A stretch of 64,000 nucleotides of DNA from Myxococcota bacterium. Its GTDB lineage: Bacteria; Myxococcota_A; UBA9160; UBA6930. Below, in pieces: positions 30,093 through 38,942 of this stretch (its first letter is position 1; every line of letters begins with the position of its first letter). The notes beneath the pieces were generated by a model. It had not been told where the DNA came from. It made no database searches and saw nothing but the letters and a program-made list of their open reading frames with translations. The DNA is taken from positions 544,001 through 608,000 of the forward strand of contig OZ245015.1 of assembly GCA_965223705.1 (NCBI GenBank), written 5' to 3'. The position numbers were made by a program, and so were the translations under genes.

Positions 30093-30551
30093 ATGACACA
30101 GACGACGAAACCGAAGGTCGATGGCGAATACGTGAAGCTCGACACCGTCGGATGGCAGCCTTTCCCCGACGCTTTCTCGGATGGAGGAATCCGCTGGAAG
30201 CTCCTGCATGTGTCACCCGAGATGGGTGCTTGGACCGCGATCTTCGATTGTCCCGCCGGCTCCTCTTTCGCGCGACATATCCATGTCGGCCCCGGTGAAT
30301 ATCTGCTGACCCGCGGGCGGATGGAGGTGCGCGGAGGCGACGCGTCGGGCGGCGCAACCGCGGAGGCCACGAGCTACGGGTATGAAGCGTGCAACGCCCG
30401 GCACGATCGCACGTTCTTTCCCGAAGCGAGCGAGTTCTACATGACGTTTCTCGGCCCCCTCCAATTCGTGGACGAGGAGGAAAAACCGCTCGCCGTGGTC
30501 GGGTGGGAGCAAGCGCAGGCGTTGTGGGCCCAGCAGACGGGCGCTGCCTAG
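30093..30551 (+). CDS. Cupin (ChrR-like / 2,4'-dihydroxyacetophenone dioxygenase-like)
   Basis: KLLHVSPEMGAWT, RHIHVGP, YGYEACNARH, FLGPLQFVD; SD GAGG upstream. Confidence 0.75.
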   Translation: MTQTTKPKVDGEYVKLDTVGWQPFPDAFSDGGIRWKLLHVSPEMGAWTAIFDCPAGSSFARHIHVGPGEYLLTRGRMEVRGGDASGGATAEATSYGYEACNARHDRTFFPEASEFYMTFLGPLQFVDEEEKPLAVVGWEQAQALWAQQTGAA

Positions 30552-31367
30552 CTAGGCGCTTCGCACCTTTTCGAGATAGGGTCGGCAATCCGGTGCAAAC
30601 GCCGGATGTTCGACGAGTCGGTCGAAATGCTCAAAGGCCTGTGGGAAGGCCTCGCTATCGATCATCTGCTGCAGCACGCAGGGCAAGTTTCGCCTCGCGA
30701 GTTCGGCTCGCTGCCGAAGCTCGGCGTGGCACAAGAGCAGCTCACACGCGAACGCGATATCCGCGAGGGTCACGCGATCTCCGACGAGAAAGGAGCGACC
30801 GCCCCGTAGGGCTCGTTCGATTCCTCCGAGGTAGGTCTCATAGGCCGCTTGCGCTTGACGGCTCACGGAGGGGTCGATGTCGCCACCTCCACTCGCGAGC
30901 AGATAGATCTGCGTCTCTCTCGCGAACACCAAGCTGACGTCGAGAAAAGAATCGATGCGCGCAGCCTCGAGCCCGGTCTGTCCGTAGAGCCCGGACTCGG
31001 GGTCCCCGAGTCGCGCCACGGCTCGAAGGATGCTGTTCGACTCGAAGATCCCTACGGCCCCGTCGGCGCTCCACGCGGCGGGTACGGTTCCGAAGGGATG
31101 GGCGTCGAGAAAGGCGTCGGTCTTGACGAGTCTTCCGGTAAAGCCGACTCGACTGGTTCGGTCGTTTTGCGACGTGCTTTGTCGCTCCCTTTCCGTCAGC
31201 GGCCGCGCGTCAAAATCCCACAACCATTCGGCGAGGGCCGCAGGGCGGTCGCCTCGCCATTCGATATCGACGCCGCAGATCCTGCCGGCGATGGTGGCTT
31301 TGAAGACGCGTGGGTTCGGGATATAGGAAAAGATGCGTAGACGAGGCTTTTCGCGGCCTTCGTTCAT
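30552..31367 (-). CDS. Glutathione S-transferase family protein
   Basis: HPFGTVPA, IFESNSILR, FLVGDRVTLADI. Confidence 0.8.
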   Translation of the reverse strand: MNEGREKPRLRIFSYIPNPRVFKATIAGRICGVDIEWRGDRPAALAEWLWDFDARPLTERERQSTSQNDRTSRVGFTGRLVKTDAFLDAHPFGTVPAAWSADGAVGIFESNSILRAVARLGDPESGLYGQTGLEAARIDSFLDVSLVFARETQIYLLASGGGDIDPSVSRQAQAAYETYLGGIERALRGGRSFLVGDRVTLADIAFACELLLCHAELRQRAELARRNLPCVLQQMIDSEAFPQAFEHFDRLVEHPAFAPDCRPYLEKVRSA

Positions 31368-31436
31368 GATGAACGTCCCCCCGATTGGTTCGATGGTACA
31401 TTGTCGGGGTCCGAGGGACGGAGGACGAGACCGCGA

Positions 31437-31814
31437 ATGGTCGGACATTCCGCCGCCACAAACCTGCTCGCGATCGATCCTTTCGCCGCCGTCCAGCACG
31501 CGGAGTTCCGCGAGTACTTGCCGTACCTGATTCCCATCGGCTTGCTCCTCGTCTGGTATATCCGCGGCATCGCGATCGACGTGTTTCGGGACTTTCTCCG
31601 CGTCCGGCGCCGCCGCCTGTTTCGGGTGATCCGCCGGAGTGGCGTCATTCGCAGCTATGGCTACAGCCAACACTATCTGGGTGAGCTCGGGCCCTGTGTC
31701 GGTTCCGTCTTCTACGAACCGTGGCAGCGTTGGTGTTCGCGCCGCCAGGGGCGTGTCGCAGCGGTGGTCCGCCACGCGACGCGGTTCCCCGAGACCGTTC
31801 GCAAAGGCGCCTAG
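31437..31814 (+). CDS. Hypothetical protein with one hydrophobic segment
   Basis: GGAGG upstream; fills the gap and ends 2 nt before the next start; no recognised motif. Confidence 0.4.
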   Translation: MVGHSAATNLLAIDPFAAVQHAEFREYLPYLIPIGLLLVWYIRGIAIDVFRDFLRVRRRRLFRVIRRSGVIRSYGYSQHYLGELGPCVGSVFYEPWQRWCSRRQGRVAAVVRHATRFPETVRKGA

Positions 31815-31816
31815 CC

Positions 31817-33010
31817 GTGTCCTACTCCCAAGGTCGGCGTATCTGCGATGCGGACAGCCATTTGATGGAGCTCCCGAATTTTCTCGAGCGTCACGCCGAT
31901 CCGGGCTTCGCCGATCGCCTGCCGCGCCCAGAAGAGGTGGCGGCGCAGATTCGCGACGTCGCAGCGGACGAAGTCGCGACGACCACGAGGCGTGAGGGAC
32001 CGTCGGGCCATCCACTCGCCGTGGCCGAGCAGCTCGAATCGCTCGGCGACGATCTCATTCGGCGCGGGCCCAAGTGGCACGCCGCCCTGGGGGCGTTTTC
32101 GGGAGCCGAGCGGAGTCGCGCGCTCGACCTGCTCGGTTTCGAGCGCCAGGTGATCTTCTCTTCTCTCACCGCGGTCAGCGTATTCACACTGAATGAACCG
32201 GACGTCGTCTACGCCGCGTGCCGCGCGCACAACAGCGCCATGGCGGAGTTTTGTTCCGGCGATTCGCGCTTACTCGGAGTGGGCCTTCTATCACTCGAAG
32301 AGCCGGACCGCGCGGCCCTGGAGATCGACCGGATGGTCGACGCGGGCCTCGCAGCGGCGTGGATTCCCGCCGACCCGCCGGCGAACCGATCGCCGGGGCA
32401 TCCGCGAAACGACCTCGTGTGGCAGCGACTCGCCGAGACCGGCCTTCCGTTCATCCTCCACGTCGGGAGCTCACCGCTCTCGATCGACGCGGCATGGATG
32501 GACGACGGCATGCCCGATCGACGCAGCGCAAGAGGCGGCGCTGAAGTCGTGGGCGCGAAAGACATGACGACCATCTATCAGCCGGCGGAGCGCTTCATCT
32601 CGGTCCTCATTCTCGACGGTGTGCTCGAACGATTCCCCACCCTGCGCGGCGCGGTCATGGAGCTCGGGGCGGGCTGGGTGCCGGCGATGCTACGCCGACT
32701 CGACCAAGTCACAGCCATTTGGTCGAAGAGCGAGCCGCATCTAGCGGAAATGTCTCGAACGCCTTCTCAGCAGGCGAAAGACCAACTGCGCTTCACGCCC
32801 TATCCCTTTGAAGACGTCGGCCAACTCATCGAAGAGTCGGATGCGGAGTTGTACCTCTTCTCCACCGACTACCCTCACGCCGAAGGCGGACGGGACCCCT
32901 TGGCGCGCTTTCAGCGCTCCCTCGTCGACCACGACGAGGTGACCCAGCAAAAATTTTTCGCCGAGAACTTCGACGGACTGTTCGGCGCTATGGAAACGGG
33001 TTCAACATGA
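31817..33010 (+). CDS. Amidohydrolase family (amidohydro_2) protein, paralog of 27612..28763
   Basis: DADSHLME, ILHVG, GVLERFP, FSTDYPHAEGGRDP. Confidence 0.9.
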   Translation: MSYSQGRRICDADSHLMELPNFLERHADPGFADRLPRPEEVAAQIRDVAADEVATTTRREGPSGHPLAVAEQLESLGDDLIRRGPKWHAALGAFSGAERSRALDLLGFERQVIFSSLTAVSVFTLNEPDVVYAACRAHNSAMAEFCSGDSRLLGVGLLSLEEPDRAALEIDRMVDAGLAAAWIPADPPANRSPGHPRNDLVWQRLAETGLPFILHVGSSPLSIDAAWMDDGMPDRRSARGGAEVVGAKDMTTIYQPAERFISVLILDGVLERFPTLRGAVMELGAGWVPAMLRRLDQVTAIWSKSEPHLAEMSRTPSQQAKDQLRFTPYPFEDVGQLIEESDAELYLFSTDYPHAEGGRDPLARFQRSLVDHDEVTQQKFFAENFDGLFGAMETGST

Positions 33011-33864
33011 AACTAGGCATCATGAGCTTCAACACCGACACGATGATGCGCGCCGACGAGTTGGCACGCGAAGTGGAATCCCGCGGCTTCGAGTCGCTGT
33101 GGTTCCCCGAGCACACCCACATTCCCGCGAGTCGCGAAACGCCGTTCCCGGGTGGCGGTCCACTGCCCGAACGCTATGCGCATATGTCGGATCCCTTCGT
33201 GAGCATCGCTTCCGCGGCGTCCGTCACGAAGACGCTGAAATTCGGAACCGGGATCTGCCTCGTCATCCAGCATGATCCGATCGTGTTGGCGAAGACCGTC
33301 GCAACCGTCGATCGACTGTCCGATGGCCGGTTTCTGTTCGGCGTTGGGGCGGGTTGGAACGTGGAGGAGATGGAAAACCACGGCACCCGTTTCCCCGATC
33401 GTTGGAAAGTTCTTCGAGAGCGCGTCGAGGCGATGAAGGTGCTTTGGACCGAAGATGAAGCGACGTATCACGGCGAGTTCGTCAATTTCGATCGGGTGTG
33501 GTCCTTTCCGAAACCGGTTCAGCGACCCCATCCTCCCATCATTCTCGGCACGTTCGCGTCGCACTGGGGACGCCAGCGCGTCGCCGATTTCGGCGACGGA
33601 TGGATCCCGGTCGGCGGATTTCATCGAGGTGAGATCGGCGCTCACGTCGAAGATTTGCGCGAGCGGATTCGGAAGAACGGAAGGGATCCGGACTCCGTTT
33701 CCCTGTCGATGTTCGACGTGATGGAAACGCCCGACGACGTTCTGCTGCGCTACCGAGACCTGGGCTGCTTCGAGCGCGCCATTACGGCAATCCCGGTGGC
33801 CGACCGGGAGACGGTACTGCCCGTGTTGGATCACTACGCCGAACTCGCGAAGAAGCTCGCTTAG
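33007..33864 (+). CDS. LLM-class (probably F420-dependent) oxidoreductase
   Basis: GFESLWFPEHTHIP, DPFV, LAKTVATVDRLSDGRFLFGVGAGWNVEEM, PKPVQRPHPPI. Confidence 0.88.
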   Translation: MKLGIMSFNTDTMMRADELAREVESRGFESLWFPEHTHIPASRETPFPGGGPLPERYAHMSDPFVSIASAASVTKTLKFGTGICLVIQHDPIVLAKTVATVDRLSDGRFLFGVGAGWNVEEMENHGTRFPDRWKVLRERVEAMKVLWTEDEATYHGEFVNFDRVWSFPKPVQRPHPPIILGTFASHWGRQRVADFGDGWIPVGGFHRGEIGAHVEDLRERIRKNGRDPDSVSLSMFDVMETPDDVLLRYRDLGCFERAITAIPVADRETVLPVLDHYAELAKKLA

Positions 33865-34451
33865 TGGCCGACTTCACGCTCCACCAGACGCGGACCTCGC
33901 CCTACGCTCGAATGGTCCGGATCGTCATCGCGGAGAAGGGTTTGCAAGACCGGGTTCGGGTCGTCGAAGCGAAGACTCGGACCGAAGGAAGTCCCTACTA
34001 CGCCGTGAATCCTTCCGGTCGGGTTCCGTTTCTCGAACGTCCCGAGGGTCCCGGCCTCGAAGATTCGTCGCTCATTATCGAATACCTGGACGGCCTCGAC
34101 GGGACACCAGCATTCGAAACGGACTTCGATGTTCGACGTCTCGAGTCGGTGGCACGCAGCATGCTCGACGGACTCGCCGTGTGGGCCCGCGAATCTCGCC
34201 GGCCGAGCGGAGAACAGAGTCCGACGATCTTGCGTCACGAAGAAGCTCGGGCCGCGCGCTTAGTCGACGTGTGGGAGAGCGAAATCGAGCATCCCGTCAT
34301 GTCGGGGGAGTTCAACCTGGCGCAACTGACCCTCTTCGTGGCACTCAAGCTCGAGGGGCGTTTCGGCTTCGAGTGGCGCCAGGGGCATCCGAAGCTCGCG
34401 GCTTGGGTCGATCGACTGGCCGAAAGACCCTCCGTTCGAAGCGAACCGTGA
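33864..34451 (+). CDS. Glutathione S-transferase family protein
   Basis: TSPYARMVRI, NPSGRVPFL, EDSSLIIEYLD, WRQGHPKLAAW. Confidence 0.85.
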   Translation: MADFTLHQTRTSPYARMVRIVIAEKGLQDRVRVVEAKTRTEGSPYYAVNPSGRVPFLERPEGPGLEDSSLIIEYLDGLDGTPAFETDFDVRRLESVARSMLDGLAVWARESRRPSGEQSPTILRHEEARAARLVDVWESEIEHPVMSGEFNLAQLTLFVALKLEGRFGFEWRQGHPKLAAWVDRLAERPSVRSEP

Positions 34452-34846
34452 GCCAGACCGTGACGCACCGGGGAGGCTGCCACTGCGGGGCCGTACGGTT
34501 CGAGGTCGACGCTCCAGCGGATCTCCGCGTTCTTGAATGCAATTGCTCCATCTGCGCACCGATGGCGTACCTCCATCTCGTGGTGCCGCGCGAGCAGTTT
34601 CGTCTGCTCACGGACGAAAGCGCGCTGACGACCTACACCTTCAACACCGGCACGGCGAAGCACTTGTTTTGTTCGCGGTGCGGCGTGAAGTCGTTCTACG
34701 TTCCGCGCTCCCACCCCGATGGCTACAGCGTGAACGCCCGCTGCCTCGAAGCGGGCAGCGTGCGAAGCCGTCACGTCGAGTCGTTCGACGGAGCCAACTG
34801 GGAAGCGCATATCGCCGATATCGAGGGCTACGGCGACGGGCGCTAG
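34448..34846 (+). CDS. GFA/CENP-V family zinc protein
   Basis: GGCHCGAVRF, CNCSIC, HLFCSRCGVKSF, SVNARC. Confidence 0.9.
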   Translation: MSQTVTHRGGCHCGAVRFEVDAPADLRVLECNCSICAPMAYLHLVVPREQFRLLTDESALTTYTFNTGTAKHLFCSRCGVKSFYVPRSHPDGYSVNARCLEAGSVRSRHVESFDGANWEAHIADIEGYGDGR

Positions 34847-35238
34847 GACTTATCGCCCAAGTAAGCCGTGCATTTGATTTCGACTTCGAGGCCCGGCATC
34901 GCGAGGGAAGTGACGCCGACGCCGGTCCACGTCGGGTAGCGATTCGTTATGTATCGATCTTTTACCTCCATGAAGAGCGCGAGATCACGCATGTCGGTGT
35001 GGTAGGTCACCATCTCGACCACGTCGTCGAAGTCGGCGCCGGCTTCGGCGAGCACCGTCTTTACGTTCTCGAACGCCTGGGCAAACTGCGCTTCTTTTCC
35101 GACGACGACATTCAGGTCGGCATCGCGGCCCACTTGGCCCGCGATATACAGCATGTCGCCGGCGCGAACGCCCGGTGAGTAGTGGAAACGCTGGTTGATT
35201 TCCCGCATGGCGGCGGGGACAAGGTCGGTTCTCGGCAT
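34843..35238 (-). CDS. RidA/YjgF family protein
   Basis: YSPGVRAGDMLYIAGQVG, YPTWTGVGVTSL, LEVEIKCTA; SD AAGGAGG. Confidence 0.9.
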   Translation of the reverse strand: MPRTDLVPAAMREINQRFHYSPGVRAGDMLYIAGQVGRDADLNVVVGKEAQFAQAFENVKTVLAEAGADFDDVVEMVTYHTDMRDLALFMEVKDRYITNRYPTWTGVGVTSLAMPGLEVEIKCTAYLGDKS

Positions 35239-35292
35239 GATTCCTCCTTACGCTGGATGCGCCGCGGGGAAATCTACCACTCCTCCTGATGC

Positions 35293-36426
35293 TCAGGGCC
35301 TCGAGAGGAAGTCGACGACGGCGCACACGATTCGCGGGGCGGCGTGACCGTCGCCGAAGGGATTGACGCCCGACTGCACCCGATCGTCAGCCCGGAGAGA
35401 ATGAGCGGTGTACATCGACTCGAGTTTCTGAGCGAGCTTTCCGACGTCGGGTCCGAGAAGTTCGATCGATCCCGTGTCGAGGGCTTCGGGCCGCTCCGTG
35501 CTGTCGCGGAGAACGAGCAAAGGTTTGTCGAGTGAAGCGGCTTCTTCCTGAAGGCCGCCCGAGTCCGACAACAGGAGCCAGCACTGGTCCAGAAGGTGGA
35601 TGAAGTCGGGGTAGGGCAGCGGTTCGAGGAGTCGAATCCGCGGATGCCCGCCGAGCGCCCACTCCGCCGCGGCGAGCACGTTCGGATTGGGATGGACCGG
35701 AAACAGCAGCTCGAGATCGGAGTGCCGCTCGATGAACGAACGGATGGTCGACAACTGTTCGGTCAACACCGCGCCGAAACGTTCTCGGCGATGCGCCGTC
35801 AGGAGCACGCGGCGGGCGGCACGCGGCTCGTCGAGCAGGGCGCGCAGTGCCGCCGACGGTGCGAGGTGATCCCGCACCCACTGGAGGGAATCGACGACGG
35901 GGTTGCCTGTGACGAACACGCGGGAGCTGTCGATCCCCTCGCGTCGCAAGGTGCGCGCGTTTCCATTCGTCGCGGCGAAATGGAGATCCGCGAGCTGTGT
36001 GACTTGTCGCCGGTTCATTTCCTCCGGGAAGGGGTTCCTTCGGTCACTGGTTCGAAGCCCGGCCTCGATGTGCCCCGTCGCGACGCCGCAGTGAAAGCCC
36101 ACGAATGCCCCCACGAACGCGGTCATCGTGTCGCCTTGCACGAGAATGAATTCGGGCTCTACGCGCAGAACGAGCTCCCGGAGCGATCCGATAGCCCGTT
36201 GGCAGAACTCGAGCGGAGTCTGATTCGGGCGCATCAAGTCGAGCGAGTGATCGACCTCGATGCCGAACGCCGGGAGGAGGTCTGCGACGAGTTCTCGGTG
36301 TTGCCCTGTACTGACGACGCAACTTTCGACAGCGGCACTCGCTTCGCGAAGCGCACGGATCACCGGAGCGACCTTGATCGCTTCGGGCCGCGTACCGAAC
36401 ACCGTCATCACCACGGAGCGGCTCAT
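35293..36426 (-). CDS. wecB: UDP-N-acetylglucosamine 2-epimerase (non-hydrolysing)
   Basis: VFGTRPEAIK, STGQHRE, VQGDT, HIEAGLRT, PFPEEMNR, TGNPVVD, SDSGGLQEEA, NPFGDG. Confidence 0.95.
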   Translation of the reverse strand: MSRSVVMTVFGTRPEAIKVAPVIRALREASAAVESCVVSTGQHRELVADLLPAFGIEVDHSLDLMRPNQTPLEFCQRAIGSLRELVLRVEPEFILVQGDTMTAFVGAFVGFHCGVATGHIEAGLRTSDRRNPFPEEMNRRQVTQLADLHFAATNGNARTLRREGIDSSRVFVTGNPVVDSLQWVRDHLAPSAALRALLDEPRAARRVLLTAHRRERFGAVLTEQLSTIRSFIERHSDLELLFPVHPNPNVLAAAEWALGGHPRIRLLEPLPYPDFIHLLDQCWLLLSDSGGLQEEAASLDKPLLVLRDSTERPEALDTGSIELLGPDVGKLAQKLESMYTAHSLRADDRVQSGVNPFGDGHAAPRIVCAVVDFLSRP

Positions 36427-37673
36427 GACGGAAGCCCCCTTCGGATCTCCACCCGTACGAAGTGATGCGCAGTGAACGCCACCCAAAGGATGAGGAACGG
36501 GACGCAGACAACGAAGAGTCGCCCCGTGCTGCTCATCAGCGAGTGCGAGGCGGTGCCGAGGGCGAACATGCCGAGTAGGACGAGAAGGCCCGCCGGAACG
36601 GACGAGCGGTTTCGCCAAGCGGCGACGAAGGAGGCTCCGAAGGCCATCAGCAGGGCGGCGTTGGGCAGGACGTAGCCGAGCGTCCGGATACTCTGCCCTC
36701 GACGCGACCACGGGTAGTTGAACAACAACCGAGAGACGTTCCCGACCCAGTTCTTCGCGTACGCGGTCGGGTTCGTGCGCAGGTTCTCGACCACTCGGGC
36801 CTTGAACCGACGATCCGCCTCGATGGCGGGCAGCGCCGCCATCGCTTCGAGGAAAGTCAGGTGATCGCGGCGGAGATCTTCGTGCTCGCGGACGGTCTCG
36901 ATCGGAAGCCAGGTCCCCGAAAGGCCCGGGCCATCGACGGTCATCCAGTAGAGAACGTCCCCGCCGTTCGTCCCCCAGTAGAACAACTGATCCGTGAGCT
37001 GATAGGTGTACGCGAGGTAGGGCGCGCACACGGCCAACGCGCCGGCAAAAACCCACTCCGGCGCGTGCGCTTCGGCGACGGCCTGGCGGATTGCCGGGAC
37101 GGCGCGCGCCATCACGAGGAGCACGAGAACCGCGAGAACGACGTAGCCGTACGCGACTTTCGTGAGGACGAAGCCGCCGAGAAGAGCCGCTGCGAGCCAC
37201 GGGTCGCGAGCCGCCGCCGCGGAACCGCTCTGCCAACGCAGGAAGTGGAAGGCGAACCCGAGCCACAACGCGATGGCCAGGGGCTCGCTCAACAGGTCAC
37301 CCGAGAGCAACCACAGGGGTGGATAACTCGCCAGGGCGGCCGCCGCCCATGCGGCGGTCCGCCGGTCCGAGAGCCTGGCGACCAGCGCAAATAGGTAGGC
37401 CAAAGCGATGAGGACCAGCGGGATCTGGGTGAAGCGAAGGGCCGGACCGTCGAGGCCGGCGGCCAGAAACGGTGCCAGGTAGAGCGGGTACCCCGGCCCG
37501 TTCTCGATGAGGCCGGTTTCGGGCTGGGCGTAGCCTCCGGCGAGGAGGTTCTCGGCGTAGCTCTTGTACCGGGCTTCGTCTCCGATCAGCGGCTCGCCCC
37601 GGTCGAGGGCGATGTTGGCCGCGAGGAGGGCGGCGAGCAGGGTCAGGGCTGCGGCAGAGCGAACCGAATCCAC
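36423..37673 (-). CDS. GT-C fold membrane glycosyltransferase (ArnT/PMT-like)
   Basis: First-loop GDE motif, PGYPLYL, LLSEPL, about 10 TM segments. Confidence 0.75.
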   Translation of the reverse strand: MDSVRSAAALTLLAALLAANIALDRGEPLIGDEARYKSYAENLLAGGYAQPETGLIENGPGYPLYLAPFLAAGLDGPALRFTQIPLVLIALAYLFALVARLSDRRTAAWAAAALASYPPLWLLSGDLLSEPLAIALWLGFAFHFLRWQSGSAAAARDPWLAAALLGGFVLTKVAYGYVVLAVLVLLVMARAVPAIRQAVAEAHAPEWVFAGALAVCAPYLAYTYQLTDQLFYWGTNGGDVLYWMTVDGPGLSGTWLPIETVREHEDLRRDHLTFLEAMAALPAIEADRRFKARVVENLRTNPTAYAKNWVGNVSRLLFNYPWSRRGQSIRTLGYVLPNAALLMAFGASFVAAWRNRSSVPAGLLVLLGMFALGTASHSLMSSTGRLFVVCVPFLILWVAFTAHHFVRVEIRRGLPS

Positions 37674-37709
37674 AACCCGAAGTGTAGTGTATTCACTACG
37701 TATTGGTCG

Positions 37710-37907
37710 CTATCGGGCGGAGGCGCATTCGGCCGCCCAACGATCCTTGAACATCTCCATGAAAAGCGCGGAGGGTCCCTCTCCAGCGATCATCGAGAAG
37801 TGTCCGCTGCCAGCGAACTCCGTCCCGCAGGACGCGCATTCGGCATCGAATTCGGAAACGGTGGCGAGGCAGGACAAGCAGAGGCGGTCTTCGTGTTGCT
37901 GGTTCAT
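37710..37907 (-). CDS. Small zinc-ribbon-like hypothetical protein (65 aa)
   Basis: MNQQHEDRLCLSC..ECASCG; SD AAGGAG upstream of ATG 37907; preceded by the ECF motif. Confidence 0.6.
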   Translation of the reverse strand: MNQQHEDRLCLSCLATVSEFDAECASCGTEFAGSGHFSMIAGEGPSALFMEMFKDRWAAECASAR

Positions 37908-37930
37908 GTCGAACTCCTTGTTTGTGAAGG

Positions 37931-37957
37931 AGTCGATCTCGAGCTGTTTTCGGATCA
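37931..37957 (-). promoter_or_regulatory. ECF-type promoter motif copy 1
   Basis: TGATCC-gaaaacagctcgagat-CGACT (16-nt spacer). Confidence 0.8.
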
Positions 37958-37989
37958 CCCGCCCGGCCATCAAAAAAAACTGCGCAAGG

Positions 37990-38016
37990 TGATCCGGTTC
38001 GGGTGCCGCGGCGACT
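37990..38016 (+). promoter_or_regulatory. ECF-type promoter motif copy 2 (divergent from copy 1)
   Basis: TGATCC-ggttcgggtgccgcgg-CGACT, preceded by an A-tract. Confidence 0.8.
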
Positions 38017-38287
38017 TCTCAGCAGATCGTGCGTTGGATGTACCCACCCGGAACAGCAACACACAAAGAGCAGCCGGTACGGCGCATCGCTCGATCGAAA
38101 CGGCGCCGGCCCCCTAGGGTCGGCGCCGCTCCGTCGTTCCGGAGACGGAACGGCGGGCGGAGCTCGCGGCAGGGTGTCGCGCGCTCGAGCCCACGGCGTG
38201 CATGGGGACGGCAGCCCCGCGCTACCCTTGGGTCACCCGGTGCCTGATGCGGGGACGGGTGCCACCCACAAAGCAAGGAGGGTGAGC

Positions 38288-38695
38288 ATGCCCAATTCAC
38301 GAACAACCTTTGACTGGAAGAACCGAGTCTCGGTGCGCGCGACGCGTGCGCGGCTACAAGCCGCGCTATTGGCTGCCGGCGTCGCGTGCGCGATCGGGCC
38401 ATGGCAGGAGGCCTACGCCGGCATCATCGTCGGAGAGGAGAAGACGCAGAGTCTTCCCCTGGGCGCTGTCGTACCCGATTCGAGCACGGTGGGGGTGGTA
38501 TTTCCGCCCTCGCATTATCGGTTTCCCGGCTATGCCGGGTACGGCTATGGCTACGGCTATCCGTACGGATCGTTTGGAGCTTTTGGCTACTACGGCCGGG
38601 AGTACCTCCACTTCAATCCGGACCGAGCCTTCCGCCGCCATCTTCGCGCCGACCAAGTCGGGAGCATGCGCGAACTGCGGCGCGGGAGGCGCTAG
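38288..38695 (+). CDS. Exported Gly/Tyr-rich hypothetical protein
   Basis: SD AAGGAGG; hydrophobic segment ending AYA; low-complexity GYAGYGYGYGYPYGSFGAFGYYG; terminator follows. Confidence 0.6.
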   Translation: MPNSRTTFDWKNRVSVRATRARLQAALLAAGVACAIGPWQEAYAGIIVGEEKTQSLPLGAVVPDSSTVGVVFPPSHYRFPGYAGYGYGYGYPYGSFGAFGYYGREYLHFNPDRAFRRHLRADQVGSMRELRRGRR

Positions 38696-38708
38696 AGCTT
38701 AGAGCTCG

Positions 38709-38744
38709 CCGGGGCGGGGGTGAACCCGCCCCGGTTTCTCTTTT
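38709..38744 (+). terminator. Rho-independent terminator
   Basis: CCGGGGCGGG-loop-CCCGCCCCGG followed by TTTCTCTTTT. Confidence 0.8.
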
Positions 38745-38765
38745 CGGGAAGTCTTGCACGGGGAT

Positions 38766-38895
38766 CGAGGTTTGGCCGTGGCCAGTGGGGGCACCGTGCT
38801 CAAACATCCTCGCGCCGATGCGGCAACGAGGTCGCCTCGCGTGCCTCGGCGGCGCTGCGGAACTGCGCGCGGTACCCCCACTGGCCACGGCCTCG
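38766..38895. repeat. ~130-bp dispersed palindromic element, copy A
   Basis: Similar to 54970..55098; 23-bp terminal inverted repeat; lies between convergent genes. Confidence 0.85.
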
Positions 38896-38942
38896 CGACG
38901 CCTAGCTAGACCGCCTCCCTTGACCCCGTCTGCAGAAGATTT

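Noticed and set aside
38003..38287. N-terminal extension of the 38288 gene (230-aa track ORF)
   Set aside because: Its GTG lies inside the promoter spacer, and a strong SD precedes ATG 38288
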